A stretch of 64,000 nt of DNA from a virus. Within the stretch, counting starts at the first letter, position 1. Each line of letters opens with the position of its first letter. Below are positions 8,778 to 17,434 of this stretch, in pieces. Position numbers and translations under genes: made by a program. The notes below the pieces were generated by a model. The model was given only the letters and a program-made list of their open reading frames with translations, had not been told where the DNA came from and made no database searches. The stretch covers positions 36,524-100,523 of IMG/VR virus record IMGVR_UViG_3300045988_158973, one strand, 5' to 3'.

Positions 8778-10527
8778 GGTTTATTGCTTTTTGTAAGTAT
8801 TCATCGAATGCGGCCACGAGCGGATTTGCCTCACGGGCCTTCATAGTTTCTTCTTCATCGCCTTGGGCGTAGAGATCGAACGGGTTGCCGGCCTGCGCTT
8901 CATCGTCTTCCTCACCTTCGCCGCCAGCCACAGGTTCATCGGCCGGGCCGCCAGCAACCTCCATACCCATACCCGCGGCCTCTTCGAACGGGTTGCCGCC
9001 GCCCATACCACCCATCGCCTGTTGCTGTTGTTGCTTGGCGCTGAGTGCTTGCTGGATGACGGCGTTCTCGATGGTGTCGCCACCCTTTTCTTCGCCGATA
9101 GCCGGGAGGTCCCACTTCTCGCGAATCTCGTCCACGGTCTGGAAGGCTTGAAGGCGTTTGATGTCCATATCCAGCTCTTCGGAAATGGTCATTCCGTTGA
9201 GGCCCATGAATACGAATTCGAAGTCAGGGTTGATTTGCTCGACTATGAATTTGTTGAGTTTACGCTGGATGAACTTCAGCATCGGGTAGAGGCCCTTGTC
9301 CTTGGACTGCTCCATGCGCTGCTTTTGGCCATCGCCGAACGTCAGGCCGCTGCCGTTGGAACGAGAAATGTCCCACCCGATTTCCGTCGGGTCGATACAG
9401 AATACAGCACACGCGATCTTGATCAGGTATTCCATCCACGAGTTGTACTCCATATCGCGGTTGTTCTTCTGGAGATCAACCCAGTCGATATCGCCCTCAA
9501 CGACGGGCGTCTTCCACGACTGCATAACGCCTGATATCATGGCCTGCCACTGCTGCTTGAACTGCTGAAGTGAAGCCTCATTGACGTTACCCTTGATCCG
9601 AAGAAGACCCTTCGGCGCTGATCCTTGAGAGAAGAAGCGGCGGTTGTATTCGTCACCCCAAAGCATCGATGTAACGACGTTAATCAGTTCTTCCAATTCA
9701 GAGTTTCCGTACCCGTTGGCGTAGATCGACGTGGTCGGGTTGCGTATACCGAAGCACAACTCCCACGGATAGAACTGCGCCACCTTGGCTGTTTGGTACA
9801 CCTGAACGTAGGCCGGATAATAGCCATCAACCTTTGGACCCCAGTTTTGGCGGTCATCCATCATAGCGCCGTCAAAATACGGGTTGTTGTATTCACCGTC
9901 GAAGTACGATTCAGCCAACCGGAACGTCGCAGCATCGACGGCTTGAAACCGTACCAGTTTGCCGCGGCGGTTACGAATGCACTCAAACGTCATCTGGTCG
10001 AACGTCAACGAGTCGTCAACGATTTTACGAATAAACTCGTCAAACTCGTCGCCGTCCCAAGTGGCGGTATCACCGCAATTGAGAATGAAGTCGGTGATGG
10101 AGGCCGCAATCTTGCGGTCTTGAGAATCCATCTTCTGCTCTTGGCCGAATTTCGGTTTACGACGAATGACGAATCCCGTAGAATAGCGGTCGGCCTGTGG
10201 TTCGGCAAAGTCGGCTATTTGGTTCTTGCGGGTCTTGAGGATTGAGTTGATGATGGGGGTGCGGCTCATCCGGCGCAGTGTCTCATACGAGAGCGAAAAC
10301 GGCTTATCCTTATACCCCAAAAACGAATTGAACTCCAAAGGATCGATCAAGTACGCCTTCGGGGCAACGTTAGCAGGCTTGGATTGCTGATTGAATATTT
10401 CAGCGGCTTTGAGTATATCGGACGGGTTGTCGCTGCTCAACGCACGCTCTACCAACAGCGACTTGCGTATTGTTAGAGCCTGCATGGCACGTTCCACCGA
10501 TTCCAATCTTTCTTTTACACCGGACAT
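8767..10527 (-). CDS. portal protein
   Basis: 586 aa. The central region ..YANGYGNSELEELINVVTSMLWGDEYNRRFFSQGSAPKGLL.. and ..NSWMEYLIKIACAVFCIDPTEIG.. is typical of phage portals. Acidic Gly-rich C-terminal tail. Confidence 0.75.
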   Translation of the reverse strand: MSGVKERLESVERAMQALTIRKSLLVERALSSDNPSDILKAAEIFNQQSKPANVAPKAYLIDPLEFNSFLGYKDKPFSLSYETLRRMSRTPIINSILKTRKNQIADFAEPQADRYSTGFVIRRKPKFGQEQKMDSQDRKIAASITDFILNCGDTATWDGDEFDEFIRKIVDDSLTFDQMTFECIRNRRGKLVRFQAVDAATFRLAESYFDGEYNNPYFDGAMMDDRQNWGPKVDGYYPAYVQVYQTAKVAQFYPWELCFGIRNPTTSIYANGYGNSELEELINVVTSMLWGDEYNRRFFSQGSAPKGLLRIKGNVNEASLQQFKQQWQAMISGVMQSWKTPVVEGDIDWVDLQKNNRDMEYNSWMEYLIKIACAVFCIDPTEIGWDISRSNGSGLTFGDGQKQRMEQSKDKGLYPMLKFIQRKLNKFIVEQINPDFEFVFMGLNGMTISEELDMDIKRLQAFQTVDEIREKWDLPAIGEEKGGDTIENAVIQQALSAKQQQQQAMGGMGGGNPFEEAAGMGMEVAGGPADEPVAGGEGEEDDEAQAGNPFDLYAQGDEEETMKAREANPLVAAFDEYLQKAINHDE

Positions 10528-10564
10528 AATGTTTTTACGCGATTTGTTAACCTATAATTGGCTG

Positions 10565-10888
10565 TCAACACAACAGTTTCAAAATGTCGTTCCGTGCCGT
10601 TTGCCTGATAATCAGAGCCCGATGGACGATATCGCCCCACACAGCCACCTGATAACCATTCCACGTGAAATAGTCCGTCTGGTCGTCATACGAACCATTC
10701 CATTCACCGTCGTGACGTATATCAACGATCAAACGATCAAACCGCGCTTTTTCTTCCGTGGTGAAGGGTGTTATGAAAGTGCCGACGACTACTAATCGTG
10801 CGGCACTCGTAGACAGGTCATCGGCCATAATCTGAAAGTCGATACCCATAAAATCGCCCGTTTCAAGAGGCGTGTGAAAGGTTATCAT
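10565..10888 (-). CDS. hypothetical protein (107 aa)
   Basis: Minus-strand ORF with a 4-nt overlap with the upstream gene. Confidence 0.5.
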   Translation of the reverse strand: MITFHTPLETGDFMGIDFQIMADDLSTSAARLVVVGTFITPFTTEEKARFDRLIVDIRHDGEWNGSYDDQTDYFTWNGYQVAVWGDIVHRALIIRQTARNDILKLLC

Positions 10889-11895
10889 TGCCCCACTAAT
10901 TTACGAGTTTGAGGTTCAAATGTAGAACGCTGCTTACCTTCGCCAATACGCATTTTCCAATACTTTTGGTACTCACACAGCCACATTTCCACCTGATGAA
11001 GCGTTATTTCTCCCACACGCGATACGCGGTAACGCCACCCGGCGCGGTCCCAGTGTAGGTATGGGAAATTACCTAACTTCGCCAACTCGTCGCGTGATTC
11101 ATCGCGCAGGCGATATATTCCATCCACCTGACGTTTCAACGACGGAAATATCAACCGCAACCCAATCGAGGCGCCAGGCCCTACGTTGGTATAGTCGTCT
11201 TGAGTAAAACGCATGAAACGACGCGTGGTGTAGCGTGATATGTAGGTGAAGTCTTGGTAAAATTCGTGAGCGATGAATGTAGCCGATGAAGGTAAACTGC
11301 GTAAAAACCTGATGATCTGTTCGGGGGTTTCAGCCGCCAATACCGTCCGTATCAACTCACCCAAGCGCTGGTGTAACGTGGGAACCACCAAGTGCGTGTA
11401 GCAGTAGTCGCGCGGTTTACCGGGCGTGGCCATCGAATTGATCAAATACGCCGTGGTGTAAGGGTTGTTTCCCGACGCACGGTACGCAGCTATCATCTCT
11501 GCGAAGCGATCTTCGTCGTATTGGTCGTAATCCGGAATTCCCGCCTTCCAACCATATCGTTCTTGAGCGAATTCGAACGTTGCAGGATTATTGAAGTACC
11601 GAAACACCATCGTCTTCCAAACCAAATTCGTCAACGAAAGTAGCGGATCGAGGATGATGTTTCGTATTTGCCACTGCGAATTGCGGTCCAACTCGCGGTA
11701 TACGTTGGTGAACTTATAGTCCCTTAAGATCGGATCTTCGGTCCACGGACGCGGCGCTCCATCCAAGAAGCGGCGTTTCCATATCATCTGGCGCTCGAAC
11801 ATCGTTCTGAAGAACTCCGAGCGGTGCTCTTCGCTCACGTCCAGCGTTTCATCAGGTAGCTTATCTGCCCACGCATAATTATCAAAGGTCGCCAT
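10885..11895 (-). CDS. alpha-glutamyl/putrescinyl-thymine pyrophosphorylase (aGPT-Pplase)-like DNA base hypermodification protein (candidate)
   Basis: 336 aa and helix-rich. The N-terminal motif RPWTEDPILRDYKFTNVYRELDRNSQW matches my recollection of the [FY]xNxYRxxD signature of aGPT-Pplase families. Not verified by HMM. Confidence 0.45.
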   Translation of the reverse strand: MATFDNYAWADKLPDETLDVSEEHRSEFFRTMFERQMIWKRRFLDGAPRPWTEDPILRDYKFTNVYRELDRNSQWQIRNIILDPLLSLTNLVWKTMVFRYFNNPATFEFAQERYGWKAGIPDYDQYDEDRFAEMIAAYRASGNNPYTTAYLINSMATPGKPRDYCYTHLVVPTLHQRLGELIRTVLAAETPEQIIRFLRSLPSSATFIAHEFYQDFTYISRYTTRRFMRFTQDDYTNVGPGASIGLRLIFPSLKRQVDGIYRLRDESRDELAKLGNFPYLHWDRAGWRYRVSRVGEITLHQVEMWLCEYQKYWKMRIGEGKQRSTFEPQTRKLVGQ

Positions 11896-12196
11896 GCTGT
11901 TTACGATAGCTTCTAATTAACAATTCTCGTCGCGCTTCAACGCTCTTCCCAGTCAACCGCACCAACGTACCATCCGGAACCTTCATCAACGGACGTTTAG
12001 GAGCGTTTACAAGTCGTACCTCCCCGACGCCGAGGTTTACCCTTATGCGGCGACCGCGAATCGGTTTGAGGGACTCGCCAGTGATTAACGGACAGTAGTC
12101 GTTACCGTGAAACGCGCGTATTACAAACGTCGTCCGACCCCAAACTTCAGGGTCTGCAACGACATCACCTATTCTGAAATATTTCCATTGGTCCAT
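11882..12196 (-). CDS. hypothetical protein (104 aa)
   Basis: Minus-strand ORF. No motif. Confidence 0.5.
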   Translation of the reverse strand: MDQWKYFRIGDVVADPEVWGRTTFVIRAFHGNDYCPLITGESLKPIRGRRIRVNLGVGEVRLVNAPKRPLMKVPDGTLVRLTGKSVEARRELLIRSYRKQHGDL

Positions 12197-12201
12197 ACGT
12201 T

Positions 12202-12239
12202 CAAAAACGTTGGCCCCGAAACGTTACCGAATCGAGGCC
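12202..12239 (-). terminator. hairpin terminator (minus strand)
   Basis: The minus strand reads GGCCTCG-loop14-CGGGGCC (12239..12212) followed by AACGTTTTTG. It lies just downstream of the 12272 stop. Confidence 0.5.
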
Positions 12240-12271
12240 GCTGTCCTGACAAAATGGAAACGGAAAAGAAA

Positions 12272-12934
12272 CTAAAACCCGAACACCGTCAACTGACGAG
12301 GTGACAGCTGATAGCGCTCGTTGTCGGAAAGATTGGTTTCAAGGATTTCGCACGCCTTGATGTCGGTAGCCACGTTGGCGTATTCACGCACCTTGTCGTT
12401 GTACTCTTGGCGGCACTTACGCATCTCCGGCGTAACGGGGTTCTCCTGCTCTTCGCCAACGAGCGTACCGGCAATTCGCGGCGCTTCACAGCAGTCCATG
12501 CTTTCCCACGAGAAGATGCGGAACGGGATGTCGACCTTGATGTCGGCCGTCCACCACGGCGGAGTGGTTTCAGTAGGCGCACCGCCGCACTCTTCCAACT
12601 TGCTTTCAAGTTCTGCGGCCAGAACCTGCAATTTAGCGTTCAGCGGCGGAAGAACGTCGGCCTTCAGTTTGGCCTTGATTTCCTTACCGAGTTTGCTGAA
12701 CCTGATGTTGGAATCGTAGCTGATGGCGTTCATGATATCAGCCTTCTGGAGTTCACCTTGGAGAGCCTCCTCGCTGTTGTCGGACTCAGCCTTTTCGATA
12801 GCCTCGGCCATTTTCTCGAAGACGTTGTCGGCCTTTTCAACTTCGTCGCCTTCAGGGATCGGGCCAAAGCCCTTGAGCATGTGCTCCTGACGCTCGGCGC
12901 GAGCGCCTAAAATGATGTCACGAATGTTTTCCAT
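12272..12934 (-). CDS. hypothetical protein (220 aa, acidic N-terminal half)
   Basis: Minus-strand ORF followed by a hairpin terminator. Confidence 0.6.
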   Translation of the reverse strand: MENIRDIILGARAERQEHMLKGFGPIPEGDEVEKADNVFEKMAEAIEKAESDNSEEALQGELQKADIMNAISYDSNIRFSKLGKEIKAKLKADVLPPLNAKLQVLAAELESKLEECGGAPTETTPPWWTADIKVDIPFRIFSWESMDCCEAPRIAGTLVGEEQENPVTPEMRKCRQEYNDKVREYANVATDIKACEILETNLSDNERYQLSPRQLTVFGF

Positions 12935-13118
12935 CGCTGTTCGATTGTTTAGCGGCCTTGGCAGCCAAATACTTCACCCACGCCCAGTGTGCTACCACGC
13001 CCGCCACAAACGAGAAGATAGCCACCAGCGTGTGGATCACCTTCGCCTCATGGGCGTATACCACCGCAGCGATCACCAAGACCACCGCGATAATAAGAAT
13101 CCACATCCACTTTTTCAT
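12918..13118 (-). CDS. small two-TM membrane protein (66 aa)
   Basis: WMWILIIAVVLVIAAVVYA and LVAIFSFVAGVVAHWAWV hydrophobic helices with a basic C-tail. Holin-like topology only. Confidence 0.5.
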   Translation of the reverse strand: MKKWMWILIIAVVLVIAAVVYAHEAKVIHTLVAIFSFVAGVVAHWAWVKYLAAKAAKQSNSDGKHS

Positions 13119-13138
13119 AGTATATTATTTTGGTCAAA

Positions 13139-14131
13139 CTACTTTATTAACATTCCGTAGAAGTCTTCAAGCGTGTATGCCTTCTTATAGTTGTAGCTGT
13201 CCTTCGTGTTGGCCACCTCTTCAGCCATCGCTATGAGTAGTTCTTCCTGCTTGGGGCCGTACACCGACGGTGAAAGCCACGTTAACTGAATATTGGAGAT
13301 GATACGACCTATTTCTTCCGTTGAAAGCGCCGTGCCCAAAAATCGCTCAAACTTGGACTGAATCCAAAGCGCCAGTTTCGTACAGCTGTAGCCTTGGAAT
13401 ACGGTCGGCGACGGCAATCGGCCGTTGAGTTCCGGTTTCAGTGATTCGATAAAACGGTTGAACGCCTTATCGCCAAATCCAGCGCGGACCTTGGGTATAT
13501 TATCCGACTTATCACCCATGAGCACCTTATACAACAACACCTCAAACGCTTCGGTGGTGAGAACCTGAATTTCGGCGTCCAAGCGCTCATTCCACAACGC
13601 CTCCTTGCCTGGAAAGACGTAGAACTTCATGAACTTCGAGTTGTAGTTAAACACCGAAATGGTTGGCGTTATCAGCTGGCGAATATCGCTGTCGGCGGTG
13701 AGAATCACCGTCTCTTCGTCAGGGAGTTCGTCCAACGCAAAGGCCCACATCATAATCAGGTCGTCGCCTTCAGCTCCCGGTACGCGCGTAACAATCAGCC
13801 CGCGTTTACGCAACAGCGCTTCGAATTCACCCAACACTTCAACGAACGCATCACTCCATGGTTCCTTCACGCGCGTGAGAGCGTACTTGTAGTCGTCGTA
13901 AATAGTTCGCCGCCACGAGTGGGAGTCGATGACCACCACAACGCGGTTCACGTCATCGCCAAAGCGCCGCACCGCAGCGCAAAGGTTCATCACGCACTTA
14001 CGAATCAGAACTTGACGCTTTTCGCGGTCTTCCAGGACCTCTGTTAGGTCCTGGCCGCGATAGTATGTCGAGAATACAGAGAACGACAGGTGGTACAGGA
14101 AATTGCCGTCAAATACGAGATTCACTTTCAT
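13139..14131 (-). CDS. 5'-3' exonuclease / flap endonuclease (FEN, RNase H-like)
   Basis: PIN-like motifs in canonical order: LVFDGNFL, VVVIDSHSWRR..Y..YK..R, GAEGDDLIMMWAF and ILTADSDIRQLI. Confidence 0.8.
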   Translation of the reverse strand: MKVNLVFDGNFLYHLSFSVFSTYYRGQDLTEVLEDREKRQVLIRKCVMNLCAAVRRFGDDVNRVVVVIDSHSWRRTIYDDYKYALTRVKEPWSDAFVEVLGEFEALLRKRGLIVTRVPGAEGDDLIMMWAFALDELPDEETVILTADSDIRQLITPTISVFNYNSKFMKFYVFPGKEALWNERLDAEIQVLTTEAFEVLLYKVLMGDKSDNIPKVRAGFGDKAFNRFIESLKPELNGRLPSPTVFQGYSCTKLALWIQSKFERFLGTALSTEEIGRIISNIQLTWLSPSVYGPKQEELLIAMAEEVANTKDSYNYKKAYTLEDFYGMLIK

Positions 14132-14955
14132 TGCGCTATACGGTTAGGGTTGGTATTCGAAGCAGCGATACCGCCTCGCGTTATATTAACCTTGCGGCCG
14201 TCTTCGCGCCCCTGCTGCATGGCCTGATAGCTACCAATGTGACCCGGTTTGGAAGCGCGGAGGTCCTTGTAATTTTCAGCCACATAGTCGTTCAGCTGCT
14301 GGTCGTGGCGGAGCACCAGCGCGTTTACCTGCACTTGGGCTTGGAGTTCGCGTTCACGTTCTTCACGCAATTTGTCCTGAACACCCTTGGCTGCTCCGGC
14401 TAAATACGAGCGGAGGAACGTACCGCGGTGCATTTTCTTTTCACCCATAAAGAGACGCATAACCGCCTGACGGTCATCCTCACGATATTCTTCGTAACGC
14501 TTCAGCGCCAAGCGGTACAACTGCCCTGCCAAGACGTTGAACAGCCATTTCACGACCTCGATATTCTGCGGTTCGCCAATAACGATGTATTTATGGCGCT
14601 TTTCGAAGACCATTTTGCCGTTACGATTAATGCGGTGTGTGTGCTGGCCGCTGACTATCGCGTAGCAGAAGTTGTACTTACAAATTCCGTACAGCAGGAG
14701 TTGGTCCCAAAAACCGCCACACTTACGCTGCCAGCTGTCGTCGAGTTTCTCTTCCGTTACGTTGGTCTTCGGCTCGTCGTCAACGGCTGCTTCCAAATCA
14801 ACCATCGAAAGGTTGTATTGCGTGAGGAGGTTCTGAATTTTGGCAGCGGCGTTCTGGGCTTCTGCTTCAGAGTTGATAGCCTTGGCGCCCTCGTAGAGCC
14901 GCTGCAGTTTCTTCAGTTTCGAGAGGATCGAGTTGATGTCTTGAGTCTTTTCCAT
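14128..14955 (-). CDS. DUF2786-like protein (275 aa)
   Basis: The N-terminus ILSKLKKLQRLYEGAKAINSEAEAQNAAAKIQNLLTQYNL fits the DUF2786 helix pattern. The start is reset to ATG 14955 because the track's 15045 start would read through promoter P2. Confidence 0.5.
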   Translation of the reverse strand: MEKTQDINSILSKLKKLQRLYEGAKAINSEAEAQNAAAKIQNLLTQYNLSMVDLEAAVDDEPKTNVTEEKLDDSWQRKCGGFWDQLLLYGICKYNFCYAIVSGQHTHRINRNGKMVFEKRHKYIVIGEPQNIEVVKWLFNVLAGQLYRLALKRYEEYREDDRQAVMRLFMGEKKMHRGTFLRSYLAGAAKGVQDKLREERERELQAQVQVNALVLRHDQQLNDYVAENYKDLRASKPGHIGSYQAMQQGREDGRKVNITRGGIAASNTNPNRIAQ

Positions 14956-14974
14956 AACCAATTTTGTTTTACGA

Positions 14975-15040
14975 TTTCTTTTCCAAGAGCGAAGGTACGG
15001 CGAAAATGCGAATTCTCCAAGAGAATCACGAAAATTTTTC
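14975..15040 (-). promoter_or_regulatory. promoter cassette P2
   Basis: The minus strand reads TTTTCGTGATTCTCTTGG-N20-TACCTTCG(14997..14990)-CTCTTGGAAAAGAAATCG..ATG(14955). Confidence 0.55.
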
Positions 15041-15326
15041 AACAATCCATCACCAAATTACCTTCACACTCCAAGGCATACAACCGTTCAGCGTCTGGTT
15101 TGGCGTAACAGAATATCAATTTACCGCCGCCAGCGGCTTGTAGTGCCTTACGGTATGCAACCTTGATACGCTGAAAGGTTTCACTCCTGTAAAAGTCGTA
15201 GTCGCTGACGCATATCTCCCACCACCGTTCTTGGCGTGACGCCCAGGAAATTACTCCTGGGCGTTCGGCTTCGATTCGCTTTACAGCGGCCAACATCAAC
15301 GAACCGTGTCGGCGATCTGGTTTCAT
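15039..15326 (-). CDS. hypothetical protein (95 aa)
   Basis: Minus-strand ORF with a 4-nt overlap with the upstream gene. Confidence 0.5.
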   Translation of the reverse strand: MKPDRRHGSLMLAAVKRIEAERPGVISWASRQERWWEICVSDYDFYRSETFQRIKVAYRKALQAAGGGKLIFCYAKPDAERLYALECEGNLVMDC

Positions 15327-15910
15327 AACGTTTCGTCGAGGTTTTGAGCCAGTTCAGCCAACAGTTTCACGTGTACACGCTCGTCAGCAATAATCTTGTT
15401 AATCAACTGAACGGCCAACGTAGAAGTCACGGTCGGCGTAGGGTTGCTGGATTGAATGCGCTGGATGAGTTTCTCGTACGAAGTGATGGTGTCTTGCTCG
15501 GCGCGGAGGTTGATCATCACCGCTTCGATGGGACTTTCGGTCGTAATGTTCACTTTGGCTGCCGAAAACACGGGCTTCGATACGGCGTGACCCAGATGAG
15601 CGATGAAGTCGCCTAAACGATCGTAGTGCTTCATTTCGGTCAGCGCGATTCCCAAGAACGTTTCGCCAATCTGGTCGAAAAGCATTCGCTGCTGCGTGTA
15701 CTGGAGAATGGCCGTGAGTTCCGACGTCTCGTTGATGCCGGCGTATGCCTTGTAGAACCACTCGGCCGGAACGCCATCGTCGGCTTTGGCCTTGGAAATA
15801 TCCGGATAATCGACTACATGGTCGGCGAAGCGCATCGACTCTACCATGGCGTCAGCCATCGCTTCGACGTTATCCTGTTTGGCAGGATTGTGTAAGAGTA
15901 TCGTTTTCAT
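15323..15910 (-). CDS. ferritin-like / Mn-catalase (CotJC)-like di-metal protein
   Basis: Paired helices with metal-ligand-like motifs: ETSELTAILQYTQQ, LTEMKHYDRLGDFIAHLG, LRAEQDTITSYEKL and IADERVHVKLL. Confidence 0.45.
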   Translation of the reverse strand: MKTILLHNPAKQDNVEAMADAMVESMRFADHVVDYPDISKAKADDGVPAEWFYKAYAGINETSELTAILQYTQQRMLFDQIGETFLGIALTEMKHYDRLGDFIAHLGHAVSKPVFSAAKVNITTESPIEAVMINLRAEQDTITSYEKLIQRIQSSNPTPTVTSTLAVQLINKIIADERVHVKLLAELAQNLDETL

Positions 15911-15922
15911 GAGTTACGAGTA

Positions 15923-16603
15923 TTAATATCCACCGTCCGTGGTGTGACCGTCGTTATCGATACGTTTCCAGTAGCCGCAGTCCTCGCACTGGTAAAGAAC
16001 CGTGTCGTCTAAGTCCTTCGTTACCGACATCGGCGAGCCGCAGCGCGGGCACGGTTTCACGTCTTCGTCCCACACGGCACGCGGTGTTTCCTTTTTGACC
16101 GTTGACCCGAAACCACCCGTGTCGCGCTTCGACGGAGTGAGTTCTTCAACCCAACCGGACTCAATTTGGGGCGCAGGCACGATGACCAGCTGGGCTACGA
16201 CATCACCGACGGCGAACGCCTTGGAATGTATCGGGCGGGGATTGACACAGAGTTTTCCGACTCCGTGACTATACGTCTGTAGTTTACCGGCAATCTTCTG
16301 CCACAGCGTCGGTGCGTGGAAGACGTTTTTGTAGCGAGCGCGCATCGTACCACGATACCCCGGATCGATCACCCCCGGCGCGTTACACATCACCAGGTCC
16401 TTTTTCGAACAGCGCGAATTGGGGACCAAAAAGCCGCAGTACCCCTTGGGTATTTCAACGGCCACGCCAGTGTCGTATTCGATGTAGTCTTCGGTTTCCT
16501 CGATCGACACAGCCACGAGGTCCAGTCCGTTGTCTTCGCCGTCGGGGTGAGCGTATGTCGGGAGAACAGCGTTGGGGTGTACTTTCTTGAATTTTACGTT
16601 CAT
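15923..16603 (-). CDS. dut: dUTPase-family enzyme with internal insertion and C-terminal Zn ribbon
   Basis: dUTPase motifs NGLDL, PNSRCS, GVIDPGYRG and RDTGGFGST. There is a ~35-aa insertion between motifs III and IV. The C-terminal CPRCG..CEDCG forms a zinc ribbon. Confidence 0.75.
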   Translation of the reverse strand: MNVKFKKVHPNAVLPTYAHPDGEDNGLDLVAVSIEETEDYIEYDTGVAVEIPKGYCGFLVPNSRCSKKDLVMCNAPGVIDPGYRGTMRARYKNVFHAPTLWQKIAGKLQTYSHGVGKLCVNPRPIHSKAFAVGDVVAQLVIVPAPQIESGWVEELTPSKRDTGGFGSTVKKETPRAVWDEDVKPCPRCGSPMSVTKDLDDTVLYQCEDCGYWKRIDNDGHTTDGGY

Positions 16604-17415
16604 TTCTTGTATCCTTTTAAGTGTATTTTGACTTCGATCATTTCACGATCCTTCATTTCGCCACCCCAGTTGGTGCACCGCTTGGTACGAAGGGTGATAT
16701 ACTCGGGGAACGCTTCTCTTAAACGTTGTGACTCGGCATTGGAGTTCTCGATAGTTCGATACACGGAGCAACCGCCAGCGGCGTTGGCTCCTGTCATTTT
16801 ATCGAACGAATACTGGTACGAAACCACGTTATCCAATCCCGCACGGCGTAAGCCACACGCCACCGCAAAATCTTCCTTGATGGGCCACTCGCTGAATCTC
16901 ACAGGCTGGCTCAGATACTGCTCGATGTTCAGCCCCCAAATGGAGAAGAACCGCCCGTTGATCTGTACGTCGTGTTCCTTATCGCGGTTGAAAGGACGGT
17001 ACGAAAGCGCCGCCACGGCATAGGTGTCCAGCTGTTCAGCCACCCAGTCGAACATCATCGAGTAGATATATTCTTGAGCCTCGACGGTGAAATTGTCGTT
17101 GTTTATGACTACAGGGGTCTTGGCATCGTCTAAACGTAGCGAGAAAGACACGTTATCGTCTAAAAAGAAGACTCCGCCAAATCCCCGATTTTGGGCCTCT
17201 ACAACAATGTAGTCGCGTATATCCCCCACGCCGCGACACGCCGTGCTGTATTCCTCGATGCCGCCAACCTTACCGCCCCAGTTACGGCGATGAACCGCCA
17301 ATTCGCCGGGGTGACAGAATACGGTCACGCGCCGACGCGCTTCAGGAGTGAGACGTTGAAGGGTTTTCTGACGGTCAACACGACCACGAGTGAATAGTGC
17401 TATCAGAGTTTTCAT
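16600..17415 (-). CDS. GT-A-like glycosyltransferase candidate (271 aa)
   Basis: N-terminal beta-alpha start MKTLIALFTRGR..KTLQRL and a DxD-like FFLDDN motif. It resembles DNA-modification-associated GT-A proteins. Weak evidence, read by eye only. Confidence 0.3.
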   Translation of the reverse strand: MKTLIALFTRGRVDRQKTLQRLTPEARRRVTVFCHPGELAVHRRNWGGKVGGIEEYSTACRGVGDIRDYIVVEAQNRGFGGVFFLDDNVSFSLRLDDAKTPVVINNDNFTVEAQEYIYSMMFDWVAEQLDTYAVAALSYRPFNRDKEHDVQINGRFFSIWGLNIEQYLSQPVRFSEWPIKEDFAVACGLRRAGLDNVVSYQYSFDKMTGANAAGGCSVYRTIENSNAESQRLREAFPEYITLRTKRCTNWGGEMKDREMIEVKIHLKGYKK

Positions 17416-17434
17416 ATCACTTAAAACGATGGCG

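Noticed and set aside
14956-15045. N-terminal extensions of track ORFs (14128-15045, 27351-28334, 22864-23262, 44505-45668, 37639-38148, 62563-62973, 20695-21447, 36782-37066, 36981-37715)
   Set aside because: The extensions read through conserved promoter cassettes or motifs, or deeply overlap the upstream gene. Internal ATGs give the usual 0-4-nt junctions and sensible N-termini such as MEKTQD, MKPSIE, MKTQDF and MSKISN.
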